A stretch of DNA of 63,727 nucleotides, counting the filler, from Chiloscyllium plagiosum (lineage: Eukaryota), in the NCBI RefSeq assembly GCF_004010195.1. It is 4 parts of one record of this genome, joined end to end, with 100 filler letters (N's around TTAATTAATTAA, not from the genome) between each part and the next. Parts side by side here need not be neighbours in the genome. Positions count along the whole stretch, not along the records: positions 21,659 to 42,939 come from NC_057713.1; 3 more parts are not named here. One strand, written 5' to 3'. Below, piece by piece: positions 23,717 to 37,724 of the stretch. Made by a program: the position numbers and the translations under genes. The notes beneath the pieces are model-generated. The model was not told the origin of the DNA and made no database searches. It saw only the letters and a list, made by a program, of their open reading frames with translations. How positions within the stretch are numbered: position 1 is the first letter of the stretch; each line of letters opens with the position of its first letter.

Positions 23717-26700
23717 ATTTCTTTGTATCTTTGGTAATTTCTTATTCGTCATTTTCATGCAATCTTTTCAAGCCATATGAATCTGGTTTTGTACAATATA
23801 TGTCCTATTCTTCCACGCAAGTTTCTTACAGTATTATCAAACTGACATTCCCACTGCTGACTGTACATGGGTTAAAATTCCTTTTGTTCAATGCCAATAA
23901 GATAAAGGTCAAGTTTTTCAGTTCCAGCACCTCGATGTTTGATGCATCAATTTGCCCAAACACCTTATTAGGTTAAATTGAGGGGTGTTGAACTTCTGCA
24001 ATTATTTTTATTCCAAGTTTCACTTTTATATTCTTCCTCGTTTGTTATGTTTTTCACTAATACCTTCATATCACTGCTGCAGGAATTATAATGAACCTTT
24101 TCATTATATATTTTGCTCAATAAGGCAACAGGGCATGCTAAATGTAGTTATATGGAATGCAATGCAACAAAGAGGTTGTATAAGGAAAGGGGAACATTTA
24201 AGAAACAGGAACTTATTGAGAAAAAAGCAGGTGAAGGCACTTCAGCTGAAAAAAATCCCACTTCAAAGTATTAAAAAGACAACTAGTCCAGGTTAAAAAA
24301 CGTTAAAGATCAAAAAGCTAAAATACTTACAACAAGAAAGTTCAAATTGGATACTGTCAGAATAAGATAAACCAAGTTCTTTGATCTGTATGACAATTAA
24401 AAGTAGGTTTATAATGAGGTATGAAACAAGCCTGGAACTAATATTACATTAAAAAAAGAATGTAAACACAGAGCAGACTAGAAATCATAAAAAGTGTAAA
24501 GAAAACTAAGTAGCTAAGAGAAATTGTAAAGGAGTAACCTTCATACCTCCCCCACAAGTATCTTTGCGTTCAGGGCACCTTCCTGATCTCATCCCCCATG
24601 TTACAGTGGGTAAGTGAAGCACCAGACAAGCTTAAACCTATTGTAGCCCTTCAGCTGGACTTTAACTGCCACTTCAGGGCTTCATTCTGCCACTGCTGAC
24701 ATTTTTCACTCCTCAGGGGAAAGCAATCTACCCAGTCACTGTGCCTGCATAGAAGGCTGTTAGGCAGAAGGTATGTAACAACCTTTAGGGGGTAGTTATC
24801 TCTCCATCTCCTATGTCACTTCCATCTGGCCTCAATCTCGAATCTGATTACCCTCTCCACCACCTTCATGAGAATCGCAAGTCCAAACTCTCAGACCTAT
24901 CTGAAATCCAGAATCAGGGATCTTCACTTTATTATGTGAACCGGTTGTAGTGCCATTCATAGTCTCTGACACTGACACTACAAAGCTCTCCATAAAAAAA
25001 AACATTGTGTCCCTGAGAGGCAGATAATTAAGGTCCCCCTCAGTCCAATATCGCCACAGTTTTCACATCAGGAGGGGTGGTTAACCTATCCTCCAGCAAA
25101 ATCCACCAAAAGATCTGAAACACATGTTACAAGTCAAAGAACAGTTACAGAAATTGTAAGGTTGAATAGAAAATGGCATTCATATGGAGGATGAATGGTG
25201 GAGGTTATCCAAGTGGATTCCCGAGCATCATAAAATATTGGCTGGTTCAATGTGAGGACAGCAGAGAAGATGGACAGTATGACATTCTCTTCTCACTGAA
25301 AATGTCAAGAAGAATCTCCCTGTCCCCAACCTGTTGTTACCTTGCCATCCAGCTGTTGACCTTCCCACCAAGTTTAATGCTGGTGAGCAGGGGAAGGGTG
25401 ATAAGCAAGAGCTGTTTGCGTTGCCTTCTCCTATACCTGAGATCACAGGTAAGACCTGAGCATGGATGCATTACTAAGGAAGCCATGAAAAGAGAACCTG
25501 GTATTGGACATTTATATTTAATTTCTGCCTACAAAATAAGCAATGGTTTAATCCAAAGCTTTTAGGAGGCAATTTTCAAAAGCATCTGCCCCTTTTTCTC
25601 ATTCATTCATTCATGGGTTGTGCACATCACTGGCTAAGCCAGAAATTTTTGTCCCTCCGTAAATGTCCTGCAAAACACTAGGGGTGAGCTGTCTTCCTTT
25701 ATCGTTGTAGACTATAAGGTACAACAAACCCAGGGTGGCATTCCAAGATTTTAATTCACAACAGTGAAGAAGCAACAGGAGGAATCTTCTCAGAGTCTGA
25801 GCAATAGGAGCTATGGTGAGATGTGTGATACATTCAGGTGAGGAGCCTGGCACAGTCCATTGTGCTGTCGAAATCAATTCACTCCACCTTTTACGCTTTT
25901 CACAAGTGGCCTCTTAAAGTCTCACTGGGCAGTGACAAATTGCCGATTGACTGCCATTACTGATCGTTAACCACCTTGTTAACAGCCAAATTCACCACTT
26001 TAATATTCTGGCTGCCATCTTGCCAAACTTGTCAAAAAAGATTTGACATCAGGAACACTTGACCAGACCACGTACCTGGTAGATGCCTGCTCTATATGAC
26101 CTCCATGTTTGACACTGAACATTGGCATCTGATATGTGCCAGCCCCTAAGAACTCTTATTGCACATCTCCAATCCACTTAGAGGAAACTTTCACACTTCA
26201 ATGTTGCACTGGCAACTTCCACTGTAATGCTGCAATATTGGCGCTGTGCACTCAGGGATACACATGCATCTAATCATGGACTGAACAAGGCTGCATCTCC
26301 GAGCTCCCTATTCGCTTCCATTGTGCTCACTCATTTCAAGACTATTTCGATGCTCAGTGCATTCCTGCCTTACTGTGTCTTGCCTTTTGAAACTTTGCCG
26401 CTTCAGCCAGAGATACCAGGCCTCGCATAGTAACAGGCCCTTTACAATTGAAGCTGAGGTTCATCTCAGCAGTGGTGGTTGTTCTTAATTGACTACTTAA
26501 GAGTCTTAAATACGAACAAAGTGCTGCAATTGCTGGAAATTTGAAACAACCACAGAGAAGGCTGGAGAATCTCAGCAGGTCTGGTAGCATGACTCTTTTT
26601 TCAAAGAACTCATAATACTTCCAAGTTTTTATCATCTGCAAATTTTGAAATGTGGTCCTGCACACCCAAGTCAAGATCATTAAGAAGAAGTCTTTATTCC

Positions 26701-27074
26701 CTTAATTAATCTATCAGAATTGCCAAGGCCTGGGAATCCCCTCCTCTATGTGTTAAAACTGGTGATGAGTTTATATTGGTGATTTTGTGACTAGTCTTCT
26801 TAAAAGTAGACTGCTTCTCCATTCCCTATCGGCCTGAATTCAAACTTTAAGTTGGCACTTTTGGAGTGAATTAGAACTGAGTTTGTGGAATTTAAAGTTC
26901 TTAATATGACTCTATGACCTGCCCATCCAACCCCAAAACATTGTCATCAACAAGGCTTCAAAAATATCTCCAATATTCAAAGCGTGTCTTAGTAATGTTC
27001 TTAAGATCTACCACAATGATAGTTATCAACAGCTTCCCACTGATTTAGTACTAGTGGAAAATTAGGAACACTTT

Positions 27075-27536
27075 TAGATTAGATTCCCTACACTATTTAT
27101 ATCTTACTTCTGTGACTTTACATGGATATTGATGGTAATATTACAGACAGGGTCAAAGTAATAACAAGAAAAATAATTATTGTTTAATTGTAATAATGCA
27201 ATGTGCAAATATTAAGAAATGCAATAAAAACTTGCAGGTGGCACAGGCCATTTGGCCCAAAAAGTCCACACTGACTCTCCAAAGAGTAACCCACCCAGGT
27301 CCATTCCCCTACCTTACATTTATCCCTGACTAATGCATCTAACACTATGGGCAATTTAGCATGACCAAGCCACCTAATCTGCACATCTTTGGACTGTGGG
27401 AGGAAACTGGAGCACCCAAAGGAAATCTACACAGACATGGGGAGAACATGCAAATTCCACACAGACAGTCGCCCAAGGTGGGAATCAAACCCAGGCCCTG
27501 GCACTGTGAAGCAGCAGGGCTAACCACTGTGCCACC
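27075..27536 (-). mobile_element. HE1-type V-SINE with a 157-bp inverted flank copy inserted in its tail
   Basis: V-domain and tRNA head on the minus strand; the tail ttagattagattccctaca is separated from caggccatttggccc by foreign sequence. Confidence 0.88.
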
Positions 27537-27684
27537 TGCAAGTTTTTATTGCACTTCTTAATATTTGCACATTGCATTATTACAATTAAACAATAATTAT
27601 TTTTCTTTGTTATTACTTTGACCGTGTCTGTAATGTTACCATCAATATCCATGTAAAGTCACAGAAGTAAGATATAAATAGTGT
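27090..27684. repeat. Long inverted repeat: arms 27090-27246 and 27527-27684, 280-bp spacer
   Basis: acactatttatatcttacttctgtgac...cttgcaggtggcacag versus ctgtgccacctgcaag...gtcacagaagtaagatataaatagtgt; few mismatches. Confidence 0.95.
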
Positions 27685-27825
27685 TTCATGCAGCTGATTA
27701 TTACAAAATATATTACAATGACTGTACAAGAACTTTATATAAGTTCTTTATTGGTAAATCTTTTATTATGACTGTGTAATAAAGAGCACTTTATAAGCTA
27801 CTTCAGGAATAAATGTGTTATAATT

Positions 27826-28180
27826 GGGTGGCATGGTGGCTCAGTTTTTTTAGCACTGCTGCCTCATGGCACCAGGGACCCAGGTTCAACTCCAGCCTTG
27901 GGCAACTGTCTAAATGAGAGTTTGCACCTTCTCTCCATGTCTGTGTGGGTTTTCTCCGGGTGTTTCAGATTCCTCCCACAGTCCAAAGATGTGCAGTTTA
28001 GGTGGATTGGCCATGCTGAATTGTCTGTAGTGTTCAGGGATGTATAGGTTAGGTGTACCAATCATTGGAAATGTAGTCTAATAGCTTGGGGGAATGGGTC
28101 TGGGTGGGATAGCCTTTGGAGGGTTGGCATGGACTTGGGCCAAATGGCCTGTTTCCACACTGTAGGGAATGTATTCTATG
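27826..28180 (+). mobile_element. HE1-type V-SINE
   Basis: ggtggcatggtggctcag head; V-domain; cctgtttccacactgtaggga tail. Confidence 0.88.
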
Positions 28181-29376
28181 ATAAAAATACATTAAAAGAA
28201 GAGTTAACATATTTTATAAGGATTATAAGTAGCCCTGTTTTATTACAAATGAACTTCCACGCAACATACTAATCCTTCCATCATTCAGAGAGTTTCCATA
28301 GTAACAAACTGACCTGCTCGCCTCATTTGAGATATTGAATGTTATCGTAAGCAAACCAGAAGCTTGGAGATTATCGCTGACAGTTTCCTCCAGATATGTA
28401 GCCAGCCTCGACTTGACCTCAGGTCAATTGCTTTATTCTCCACAAGAACTATCTCGCACATGTTTTGCAGCTCTGTACTCATCTGGACCTGATTTTGAAG
28501 CTCAGAATCAGAATCCTGCAAATTTGAAATTGCTGTAATTATTCAGTAATAATTTGCATCTTTTGATGATGCTTACTTGATCTGTATGTCATTTTTGTAT
28601 ATTTTAGTGAATTTTAAAAGGAATCGCCGGTCACAGTGCAAATGGAGCTGATAACAGTTTTATACCACAAATATGTATGCATTTTAGTGGCAATGCAACA
28701 GAAGCTAAACAATACATGTCAAATTTAGATGTTTTTAGTTACAATAACATAATTAAGACCCAATTTCTCCTTTTATCAATTATTCATTCACACATTGTGT
28801 AGATGAGTTGATGTGATTAAAAGTATTGTCATTTTGTAAATGGATTGTATGTTTGATAATATTATAAAATGAAGAGTCAGTTGGCATAGTATTAAGTAGT
28901 TCAACAACTGACTAACTCAACAAAAAAGTCAAATATATGACTTCAAGAAGCTTCAATAGAAGACAATGCTGAACATGAACAAAGGTATTTGTCACTGGTG
29001 CAGAGTGACAATGGGTAAATGTCTTTTAAAGAATAAGACTTTTCAGTGCATTAAATTCTGATTCTTGCTGGATTGTGAACTTCATGTGATTGGTGAGTAA
29101 ATGGGGAGAATTACAGCTTGTATAATTCATTGCACAACAGATTGATAGTGGAATGTAAATAACCTTCAAATTCCAGATAGACCACAGTGACTAATTCACA
29201 GCAGCTTTTAAAATTACCTACTTCAATATTCAATGAACACATTATCATAAAATCTTTGAATTTAGCAGAATCTCATGGATGTGAAGATAACCTATCACCA
29301 TAAATATGAATAATTACCTTTATAGTTTTGAAATGTTACATGTTTTTTAAACATTATAAATCATTTTGTTTTTCAG

Positions 29377-29554
29377 AAAATTATTCCCAGTCGATAAAGA
29401 CAAGAAGGATAAAAGCAAATGTAATCCTGCTAATACGTCAATATTCCTAATAAGGCCGAAGCAAGACACTCCAAAATTGTTTAATATACTGTTGCTTGCA
29501 GTAAAATCCAAAGGATTGACTCTACTCAAGAGATTCTTGAAAATGGAAACAAAG
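29377..29554 (+). other. Candidate internal exon of an unknown gene or lncRNA
   Basis: Acceptor cattttgtttttcag and donor aag|gttata; one open frame (KLFPVDKDKKDKSKCNPANTSIFLIRPKQDTPKLFNILLLAVKSKGLTLLKRFLKMETK) in a repeat-free stretch; no recognised homology. Confidence 0.25.
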
Positions 29555-32500
29555 GTTATATGATTCCTGTGTGGCTGATGTTTATTTGGTTATTATTATG
29601 TCAATCGTAGTATGTACATAGAACAAGTTGAAGTATAATAATAGCAGATCATTAAGATGTGCTTGACATTATTATACAAAGAAAATATGTTAGATAACTT
29701 ATTTTTGATTATCCAATCAAAAGTGAATTGAAGTCCTGACTGTGAATGTTTAAATAAATTTTCATTTGCAAATACACATTTGTATTAATGGTTCTTTAAT
29801 ATGAGCCAAATGCGATATGTTTAAATATTTAACTTCAATCTATTGTATTTTTTTTTTACTCTTAAGATTTAATTTGTAGTATTGATATGTCGGTACAAAC
29901 ATAGCGTATATACCTTTTAGTACAATGAACAGGTTGGCAACATATGCTATACTCCCTGTAGAGGCCAATAATTTTTAAATAGATATTGGAATTTCCAGTT
30001 TCCATATCAATCACACTATAAAGTTTTAAGTTTAAAAATCTTTACTGTGCCAAGCACAGTAACAGCAACATTATTTAAATGTTATTTAACTAACTTAAAT
30101 GACAGATAAGGAATTCCCCATTTGCTTTTGAACATAGCAGAAAATCCCCTGCCCCAGTTATACATTACACTATTCCCTGAGTAGACATTTTCCTCTTTAG
30201 GAACCAGCCCAAAGCTACTCTCAGCTCCTGATGGCTTGCTTCTTTTTCCCTTCCTTTGACAGAATTAATTTTCAATCCTAGAACGGACTTCCACTGTGAG
30301 CATTGCACCAGAGATTTCACCATCTAGTCTCAGCTAAATGAACCTTCCAGCCTTATTTAAATCCTCAAAAATACAATGCCTTCAAATTGAAAATGAGTTC
30401 AAAACTACAGTTTATGAGGCCGCCCACTCACGTAGCATTTTCTCTACTCTCAACAAGACTGGTTGTCGTGTTTTCCTGCTCTCTTTCTCAGATTCTTGCA
30501 AACCAACTTATGTCTGTGAGTTTTAGCAATATCTTGGAAAACTCATTATCTGATACCACAGATTATAATGATAGTTAATAATTTAATACTTTTTACTCTA
30601 TCCTTCACAAAACGCATCTCTAAAGTAAATCATATGGGATTTGTATCCATGTCAAATGTCTTCTAACTCTATTTTACTTATGCTTTAAACTGTGTTTGAT
30701 TCCAAACTATTTATAAAGCCTGGCATTCCCAGCATCTTATACTCTTGGAGACCAGTAGTCAAAGGTGTGCTGCTGGAAAAGCACAGCCGGTCAGGCAACA
30801 TCCCACGAGCAGGAGAGTCGACGTTTTGAGCATAAGCTCTTCATCAGGAATGTGGCCCGGGGTGGGGGCAGGGCGGTTGGGGGGATGGTGCCAAGGGGGA
30901 GGGGGGTGGGGCTAGGGGGGACGTAGCTTGGAAGGCGATAAGTGGATGAAGGTGGGGCACAATGGTGATAGGTTGGTGTGGAGGGTGGAGTGAATAGTTG
31001 GGAAGGACAATGGCCAGGTGGAACAGTTCAAGAGGATGTGCCGAGTTGGAGGCTTGGATCTGGGATAAGGTGGGGGAAGGGGAGATGAAACTGATGGAAT
31101 TGACATTGACTCCATGCAGTTGGAGGGTCTCAACGCAGAAGGTAAGGTCGTCAGGTGGTTAGGGGCGGTGGAGGAGGCCCAGGACTTATATGTCCTTGGT
31201 GGAGTGGGAGGGAGAGCTGTAGTGGTCGGCCACAGGGTGGTAGAGTTGTTTAGTGTGTGTGTGTCAAAGATGTTCTCTGAAATGTTCCAGAAGTTGGCGT
31301 CCTGTCTCCCCAATGTAGAGGAGATCACATCAAGAGCAACGGACACAGTAGATGAGGTGTTTGGATATGCAGGAAAATCTCTGTCAGATGTGGAAGGATC
31401 CTTTGGGGCCTTAGATGGAGGTGAGGGGGCAAGTATTGGTGCAGGTTTTACACTACATGCAGTGGCAAGGAAAGGTGTCGGGAAATGGATGGTGTGTTTG
31501 TTGGGGGGGTGTAGACCTAAAGAGGGAGTTGCATAGGAGAGGAAAATATATCACTGGCAGTGGGGTCTGACTGTAGGAGGAGGGTGATAATGCTCTATCC
31601 GGAGATTGGTGGGGTAGAAGGTGAGGAGCGGGGTGTTCTATCTTTGTTGGGGTTGGTTCAAGGGCAGAGGTTCGGGAAGTGGAGGAGATGTGCTGGAAGG
31701 CATTGTTGACCACGTGGGAGGCAAAATTGTGGTCCTTGAAATAGGGCGCCATCTGGGATATCCTGGAGTGGAATTGTTCCTCCTGGGAGCAGATATGTCG
31801 GAGCTGGAGGAATTGGGAGTAAGGGATAGCATTTTTACCGGGGGGTGGGGAGAGGAGCAGTGAGAGGAGGTGTAACCCAGTGGTAGAACCGGTCAGTGCA
31901 GGGTTCCTGGACTACAAGGTTAGAGGCTATGGAAGGGAGATCCCCTGAGGTGTTGAGGCTGTGAATGGTCTGGGAGATGATAATTTGGTGATGGGAAGTG
32001 AGGGGGCAGTAGGAGGAGGTGTCTGTTTATTGGTGCCTGGCTTCAGTTGTGTACAGGTCAGTGCAGCAATCTACCACTGCCCCCGCACCCCACCCAACCT
32101 TGAACGCTGTTTGATGTGAGGTTGGGGTTGAAGCAGAGGGAGTGGAAGGCTATGCGTTGCGTGGGTGAGACACTGGAGGGGGTGAGTGAGATGGACAGGT
32201 TGAGGCAGTTGGGGATGAAGAGATTGAAGGCAGGTAACAGACCAGCACGGGATGTCATGTGGATGGGGTATTTTCAAGGTAGGCAAAGGGGTCCTCGGAA
32301 GGTGGGTGGGAGTCCTGATGGAAAAAGTAAGCACAGAGACAAAGGCTGTGGAAGACAAATTCGATGCCGCAATGCGTGTTGAATTTGTTGATCTGGGAGT
32401 GTAGTGAAATGAAGGTGAGGCCTTTGCTGAGGACTGATCGTTCATTGTCAGTGAGGGAAAGATCTGGCGGGGTGGTAAAAACACAGCAGGGTTGGGGGCT

Positions 32501-33143
32501 AGGACCTGGTGTGGGGCTGGAATTGGGAGTAGGGTCAGAAACTCTCTCAAGTGGATGTAGTCATGATATCGTGCATGATGTCAGCAAGGAAGTGACACAC
32601 ACCGTGGGGATCAGGAGTGCGGAAGCAATGCATTCGGTGGCATTCACGGGCGCAAAAGTGTCTTTCTTTGTGGCATTTGCGATGCCTTTGGTGGCGGCTA
32701 TGTGTTCATCTGCAGTGTTCCAGTGAGTGAGGTCGATAGGGGTGGAAGTGGCTGAGACGGTGGCAACTATGGGGGCAGAAGTGATGTGATGGCTAGATTT
32801 CGTGGTGGTTTCGGTGGTGCTAATGGCAATCGTGGAGGCAGAGGTCCTGGCGGTGATCAGAGAGGCAGTATAGTCAGTGGTGGCCACAGTCATGTGGCGC
32901 GGCGAAGGTGGAACTGATGTCATCATTTGCCACTGTGGTGACTGTAGTGACCATGCTACTAATGGGGTCCAAGCAGTTCCTTCACTTCCCACATGGTCAA
33001 CAATGCCCTCCAGCGCATCTCCTCCACTTCCTGCACCTCCGCCCTTGAACTCCACCCCTCCAACCCCAACAAGGATAGAATACCCAGTCCTTATCTTCCA
33101 CCCTACACATTATCCTTCTCCACTCCTGCCACCTGCAGTAATA

Positions 33144-33316
33144 GATCAGGCAGCATCCAAGGAACAGGAGAATCGATGTTTCGGGCATAAGCCCTTCTTC
33201 AGGAATGCCCGAAACGTCGATTTTCCTGTTCCTTGGATACTGCCTGACCTGCTGCGCTTTTCCAGCAACACATTTTCAGCTCTGATCTCCAGCATCTGCA
33301 GTCCTCACTTTCTCCA
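33144..33316. mobile_element. Younger fold-back PLE (family A) nested in the older PLE
   Basis: Inverted arms around gcccttcttcaggaat; TSD-like cctgcagtaata / cttacagtaata. Confidence 0.8.
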
Positions 33317-34066
33317 CTTACAGTAATACCCTAGCACATTGATATATTTCCCTCTCCACCTTTATCTGCATTCCATAGAGACCATTCCCTCCGCAACTCC
33401 CGCTTTAGTTCCACGCCTGCCATCAAACCACTCTCCACTCCCAGCACCTTCCCTTGCCACCACTAGAGGTGTAAAATCTGTGTCCACACCTGCCACCTCA
33501 CCTCCATCCAAGGTCCCAAAGCATCCTTCCTCATCCAAGAGAGATTTTCCTGCACATCCAAACACCTCATCTACTGTGTCTGTTGTTCTTGATGTGATCT
33601 CTTCTACACTGGGGACACATGAAGCCAACTTGCGGAACATTTAAGAGAACATCTCTGGAACACACGCACTGAACAACCCCACCGTCCTGTGACCAACCGC
33701 TTTAACTCCCCCTCCCACTCCGTCACGGACATGCAAGTCCTGGACCTCCTCCACCGCCAAACCTGAACCACCCAATGCCTGGAGGAAAAACACTTCATCT
33801 TCCACTTTGGGACCCTCCAACTGCATGGAAACAATGTCGATTTCACCAGTTTCCTCATCTCCCCTTCCCCACCTTATCCCAGATCCAACTCTCCAACTCG
33901 GCACCATCCTCTTGAACTGTCCTACCTGTCTATCTTCCTTCCCACTTATCCACTCCACCCTGCACTCCAACCTATCACCATTATCCTCCGCCTTCATCTA
34001 CCAAAGCCACACCCCCTCCCATTTATCTCTCAGCCCCCTTGGGTGCCGCCCTCCCCTACCCCCTTC

Positions 34067-34091
34067 CTGATGAAGAGCTTATGCTCGAAAC
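34067..34091 (+). ncRNA. Minimal hammerhead ribozyme core (older PLE family A variant)
   Basis: CTGATGA A GAGC TTAT GCTC GAAAC; inverted partner at ~30820-30847. Confidence 0.6.
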
Positions 34092-35339
34092 ATTGTTTCT
34101 CCTCCTCCTCGGATGCTGCCTGAGCTGTTGTACTTTTCCAGCACCACATTCTTTACTCAGATCTCCATCATCTGCAGTCCTCACTTTCTTCACTTGAAGA
34201 TGTAGTCTACCCACAGTCAGTACAGCTACTCTTCTGACTATCTGTAGCTGTTAACATCTAAGACCTTCTCAACAGTGAGTCCACCTGTGCAGCCTTAAAT
34301 TAGGGTGTCCGTATCCTGTCACAACGTATTACTTGCCTCAGAGACTTCAGCTTTCCTTGAGTCCCAATTAGCAGAATATGAATTTATTCACAGGTTTAAA
34401 GCTGTTTCTCTCCCTGATAGTCTCTCTACCCCATTGCAGCTTCTTTTTCCCACTTTACAGCCCTATCAACCAGCCGTGCCAGCCTCACTCCTCTCCATGC
34501 TTGCTACTGAACGACTCACCCATGACTTTGCTCACTACCTTTCATTATTAAAACACTACTAGACTATTAAAAGTAACTGCAATGGATTCAAGTTTGTAAA
34601 AAGCAACATTTTTATATTTTGCTTTCAACAGAACTGTGAAGCACTTCCCCAGCTCCTTCAGCCAAAACCAAAAGAGCAAAACTAGAAGGGTACCATTTAA
34701 ATATAGCAGCTCACATTCTCGAGCCAAGCTGTGAACATGGAGAGCTCACTTCAGCAGGTTCCAATGCAAGCAGCCGCTACATTAAGAGTCCAGTATGTCA
34801 AGATAAATGACTCATAAATCCCTTGTCATCCAGTGACTTATTTCCCCAAAATAAATGGAAGGGAACTTATTATTGATGTCAAATCAAATAAGTTAAATAA
34901 ATGATTTTTGACCTTTGTGAAATCCACAAGACTTGGGCATCCTATTACTTCTGTTTATTTAGGTTTTTTATCTACTAAATCTGAGTAAGTCATTTTTATT
35001 ATTAATATAGATGTAAGGATGATACCATAATTCTCTATTCCCAGAAGCTGGGCTAGCAGGGATTCTGAGTCAGAGGCTGGGTTACAATCTGTAGTCCCAA
35101 CTGTTTAATTACCACCAACATAAGTGCAACAATGGACCACAAATCACTTCTATATATTCTTTCTAAAATTCAAGCCGTAGTCATAATATCAATACAGTGA
35201 CTCAGCTGTTTTTATTCCTTAATAATACACATATTGAAATTGTGTAATAGAGATACTGTCTCACACATCTGGCTATCTGAAAATTAGCAACATCCATAAA
35301 CCAGCCATTTTCACAAGCTGCTATGCATTTTTTTTCATC

Positions 35340-35850
35340 ATTTATTCTCACTTGTCCCTCAATTTGAGAATGACATCAACTCTATCATGAGTTTCTGCTG
35401 TGGGACTTCACATGAATGTACAGGCTTATACTTAACCCATGAATCTTAGGGTACATGGGTTAGGATGTCCAGACTATAGTGGGAGACAGAACGGTGGACT
35501 TGATCCCTTTGTTTTTATTCTGAGCCATTGTTCTCACTCATCATTCAGGCTCTTAGACTTAAAGTATGACATTGCTTGTTGGACAAAGTTTTTACAGTTT
35601 TGACTAATTTGTAGCAAGCTTCTCCAGTCTTTAATGTCAATATCTCTGCATTTCAAGGAGAGATTCTGAATGACTTTGTAGCATTTTTTCATTCACCAAT
35701 AGAATTGAGGCCATTGAGTATTGACAGAATAGGAACTGTTTGGGGAGATGCTTTTTAACCATGTATCCAGTCCATTGCAATTGGCTGAATTCAGGTTTTG
35801 CCTGAATGCTCATAGAGCTGGCTTCAACAAAGACACTTGTGTTCATTTGA
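35340..35850 (-). mobile_element. RTE-clade LINE 3' remnant
   Basis: ORF 35637..35846 SQLQWTGYMV..HLPKQFLF resembles the RTE C-terminal motif QLRWxGHV..RLPKQ. Confidence 0.6.
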
Positions 35851-37724
35851 CGGCGTTATCCATTTCAATCCTCTCGCTGGTGGATAGCCTGGGCTGGTCC
35901 TTTCCAAACCCAATGCCTGCATGTGGCTGAAGGAGAGAAAGAGCATAAAAGACAACTAGGCTGCAGGAGAAAGAGGTAAGAGACAGAGCAGAAGAGGGAA
36001 AATGAGAAAATAAGTGTGAGAGAAAAGAGGAGAGGGTCAAGACATAAAGCAGAACTTGCTTCTGCCTTCAGCAGCATGGGAAATAGTGAAACAGCTTTGA
36101 AAATATGGCACGAAGGTGAAATAACAGATTCCCAATGCTGAGAAAGAAATTTCCAATTTTCACCTTCCATTTCAAATGGTGAGTTTTGAATCTCATTAGT
36201 GAGCAGTGACTACCTCAGGTCCATGCATTTATATCTCAATCAGAGCTAAACTCAACTCATCTTTTGTGCAGCTCCCAATTTTCCCCTCCCTCCCTGAGAT
36301 ACCAGACATGCCAATTTCTAACATGAACATCCGAATGGCAGCAGATCACCACTTGCTTCTATAGGGTTTCCTCCAACTCGGTCTTCATCATGACATCCTT
36401 GCATGCTCCAGGGATGCCATCCTCTTCTACACTTCATGAATGTGGGTGGGCATTGCCAAACCAGCAGCTTCACCATGGTTGGCTTTTAGATCAACTCACA
36501 CACCACTTCATAAGTGTATCAGGCCTTTGCAACTCTGATGCACTTATATCTTGCATGCTTATGCCAGGCTACTTTGTGTGCAGAGACACCATGCATCTCA
36601 TGCCTCTACACAAGATTTATCTTACAGCTCCCAGCTTGCTGTCTCAGTGTTCACTCATGTTGTACTGATTAGGTGACATGACAGTTTGCATTGCTCTTTA
36701 GCATAGAGGGAAAGGCAGGCAGCCTGCCACTGTTAAGAGAACTGAACAGTCATGGAGGCAGACATGCAGTGCCACGTTAAGTCACTGTCACATGTACAGC
36801 ATGTGCCAACAGCTTACACAGAAGACTTGTTGCATGTGCTTCAATCAAATGGTCATGTCTGAAAGTCAAAGAGGCCCAATTCTTATTGGAGCGAAGGGGA
36901 CTATGGTCAGACCAGGGGATGCTGCTACACTCAACAGGCTTGACCAGTCTCAGTCTGGAGTTGATCACAGTCAGATGCCTGATCCTGTCAGAGTCTGTGA
37001 ATCATTGTCCTTACTGTCTAGGGTTGGCCCACAGTTAGTCTTGAAGGTCAAATGTAACTAGTCCAGGGATTACAGTTAAATCAGTCAGGGGTGCTGAGTC
37101 AGCCTCCCCATCCCCCCTCTTCCCCCAAACCAATCACTAATATGTGGAGACATCAGTCCAGTGGATGTGCCATTCTCAGTCAGGGCTGTCCTGCTAAATT
37201 AATCTAAGGCTGTGTCAGAATCAGTTCTGGAGATTTGGGCATCAGGAATAATGAAGGCTAATCAGGGTGCAGTTCATGGAGTCCTGAGAAAAATGCAAAG
37301 CTCAAGTCTGGAGATAGGACTCTGTCACTGAGGACTAATGTTGATGAAAAGGGGTAATTCCATATAGGGGGTTGGGGCTCCATTCAGCATGGAAGAGGAC
37401 GGTAAACTGACAGAGATGGCATCTCAAAATTCAGAATAACTCTGGCCTCAGTATGAGAAGAGCATATGGCTAACAAGGCATGGAAACTCACAAAGGCCTG
37501 GGCTGAGGAGTAAATTGGAACATTACTAATTACATAGAGGGAATGAATGGTAATAGCAGGAAACTGACGGGTAATAGGATAGAGGGCAAACTAGCATTTT
37601 AAAAAAGTAACACTTGGAAATGAATAAATTAGCCATACGGGAGCACTGTTCTGAGGTATACAAAACAAGTTTATGAATGTTACGTTCATGCCTCAAATCC
37701 TGCCTACCCCTAAGGTAGTGGACA

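Larger units (their letters stand above)
30761..34192. mobile_element. Large fold-back Penelope-like element with GIY-YIG endonuclease remnants (left arm minus, right arm plus)
   Basis: HLIYCVRCS*CDLLYIGETGRQLLEHFREHL on the minus strand (~31270-31360) and its inverted copy at ~33563-33655; terminal repeats with hammerhead cores at both ends; degenerate flanking duplication cttggagaccagtagtc / cttgaagatgtagtc. Confidence 0.85.

Noticed and set aside
25173..25565. 130-aa ORF as a CDS
   Set aside because: It has no recognisable domain and no supporting exon chain, and its length is compatible with chance.
32561..33055. Mucin-like Thr/Ala-rich 164-aa ORF as a host gene
   Set aside because: It lies inside the Penelope element, spans its inversion junction and is low-complexity.
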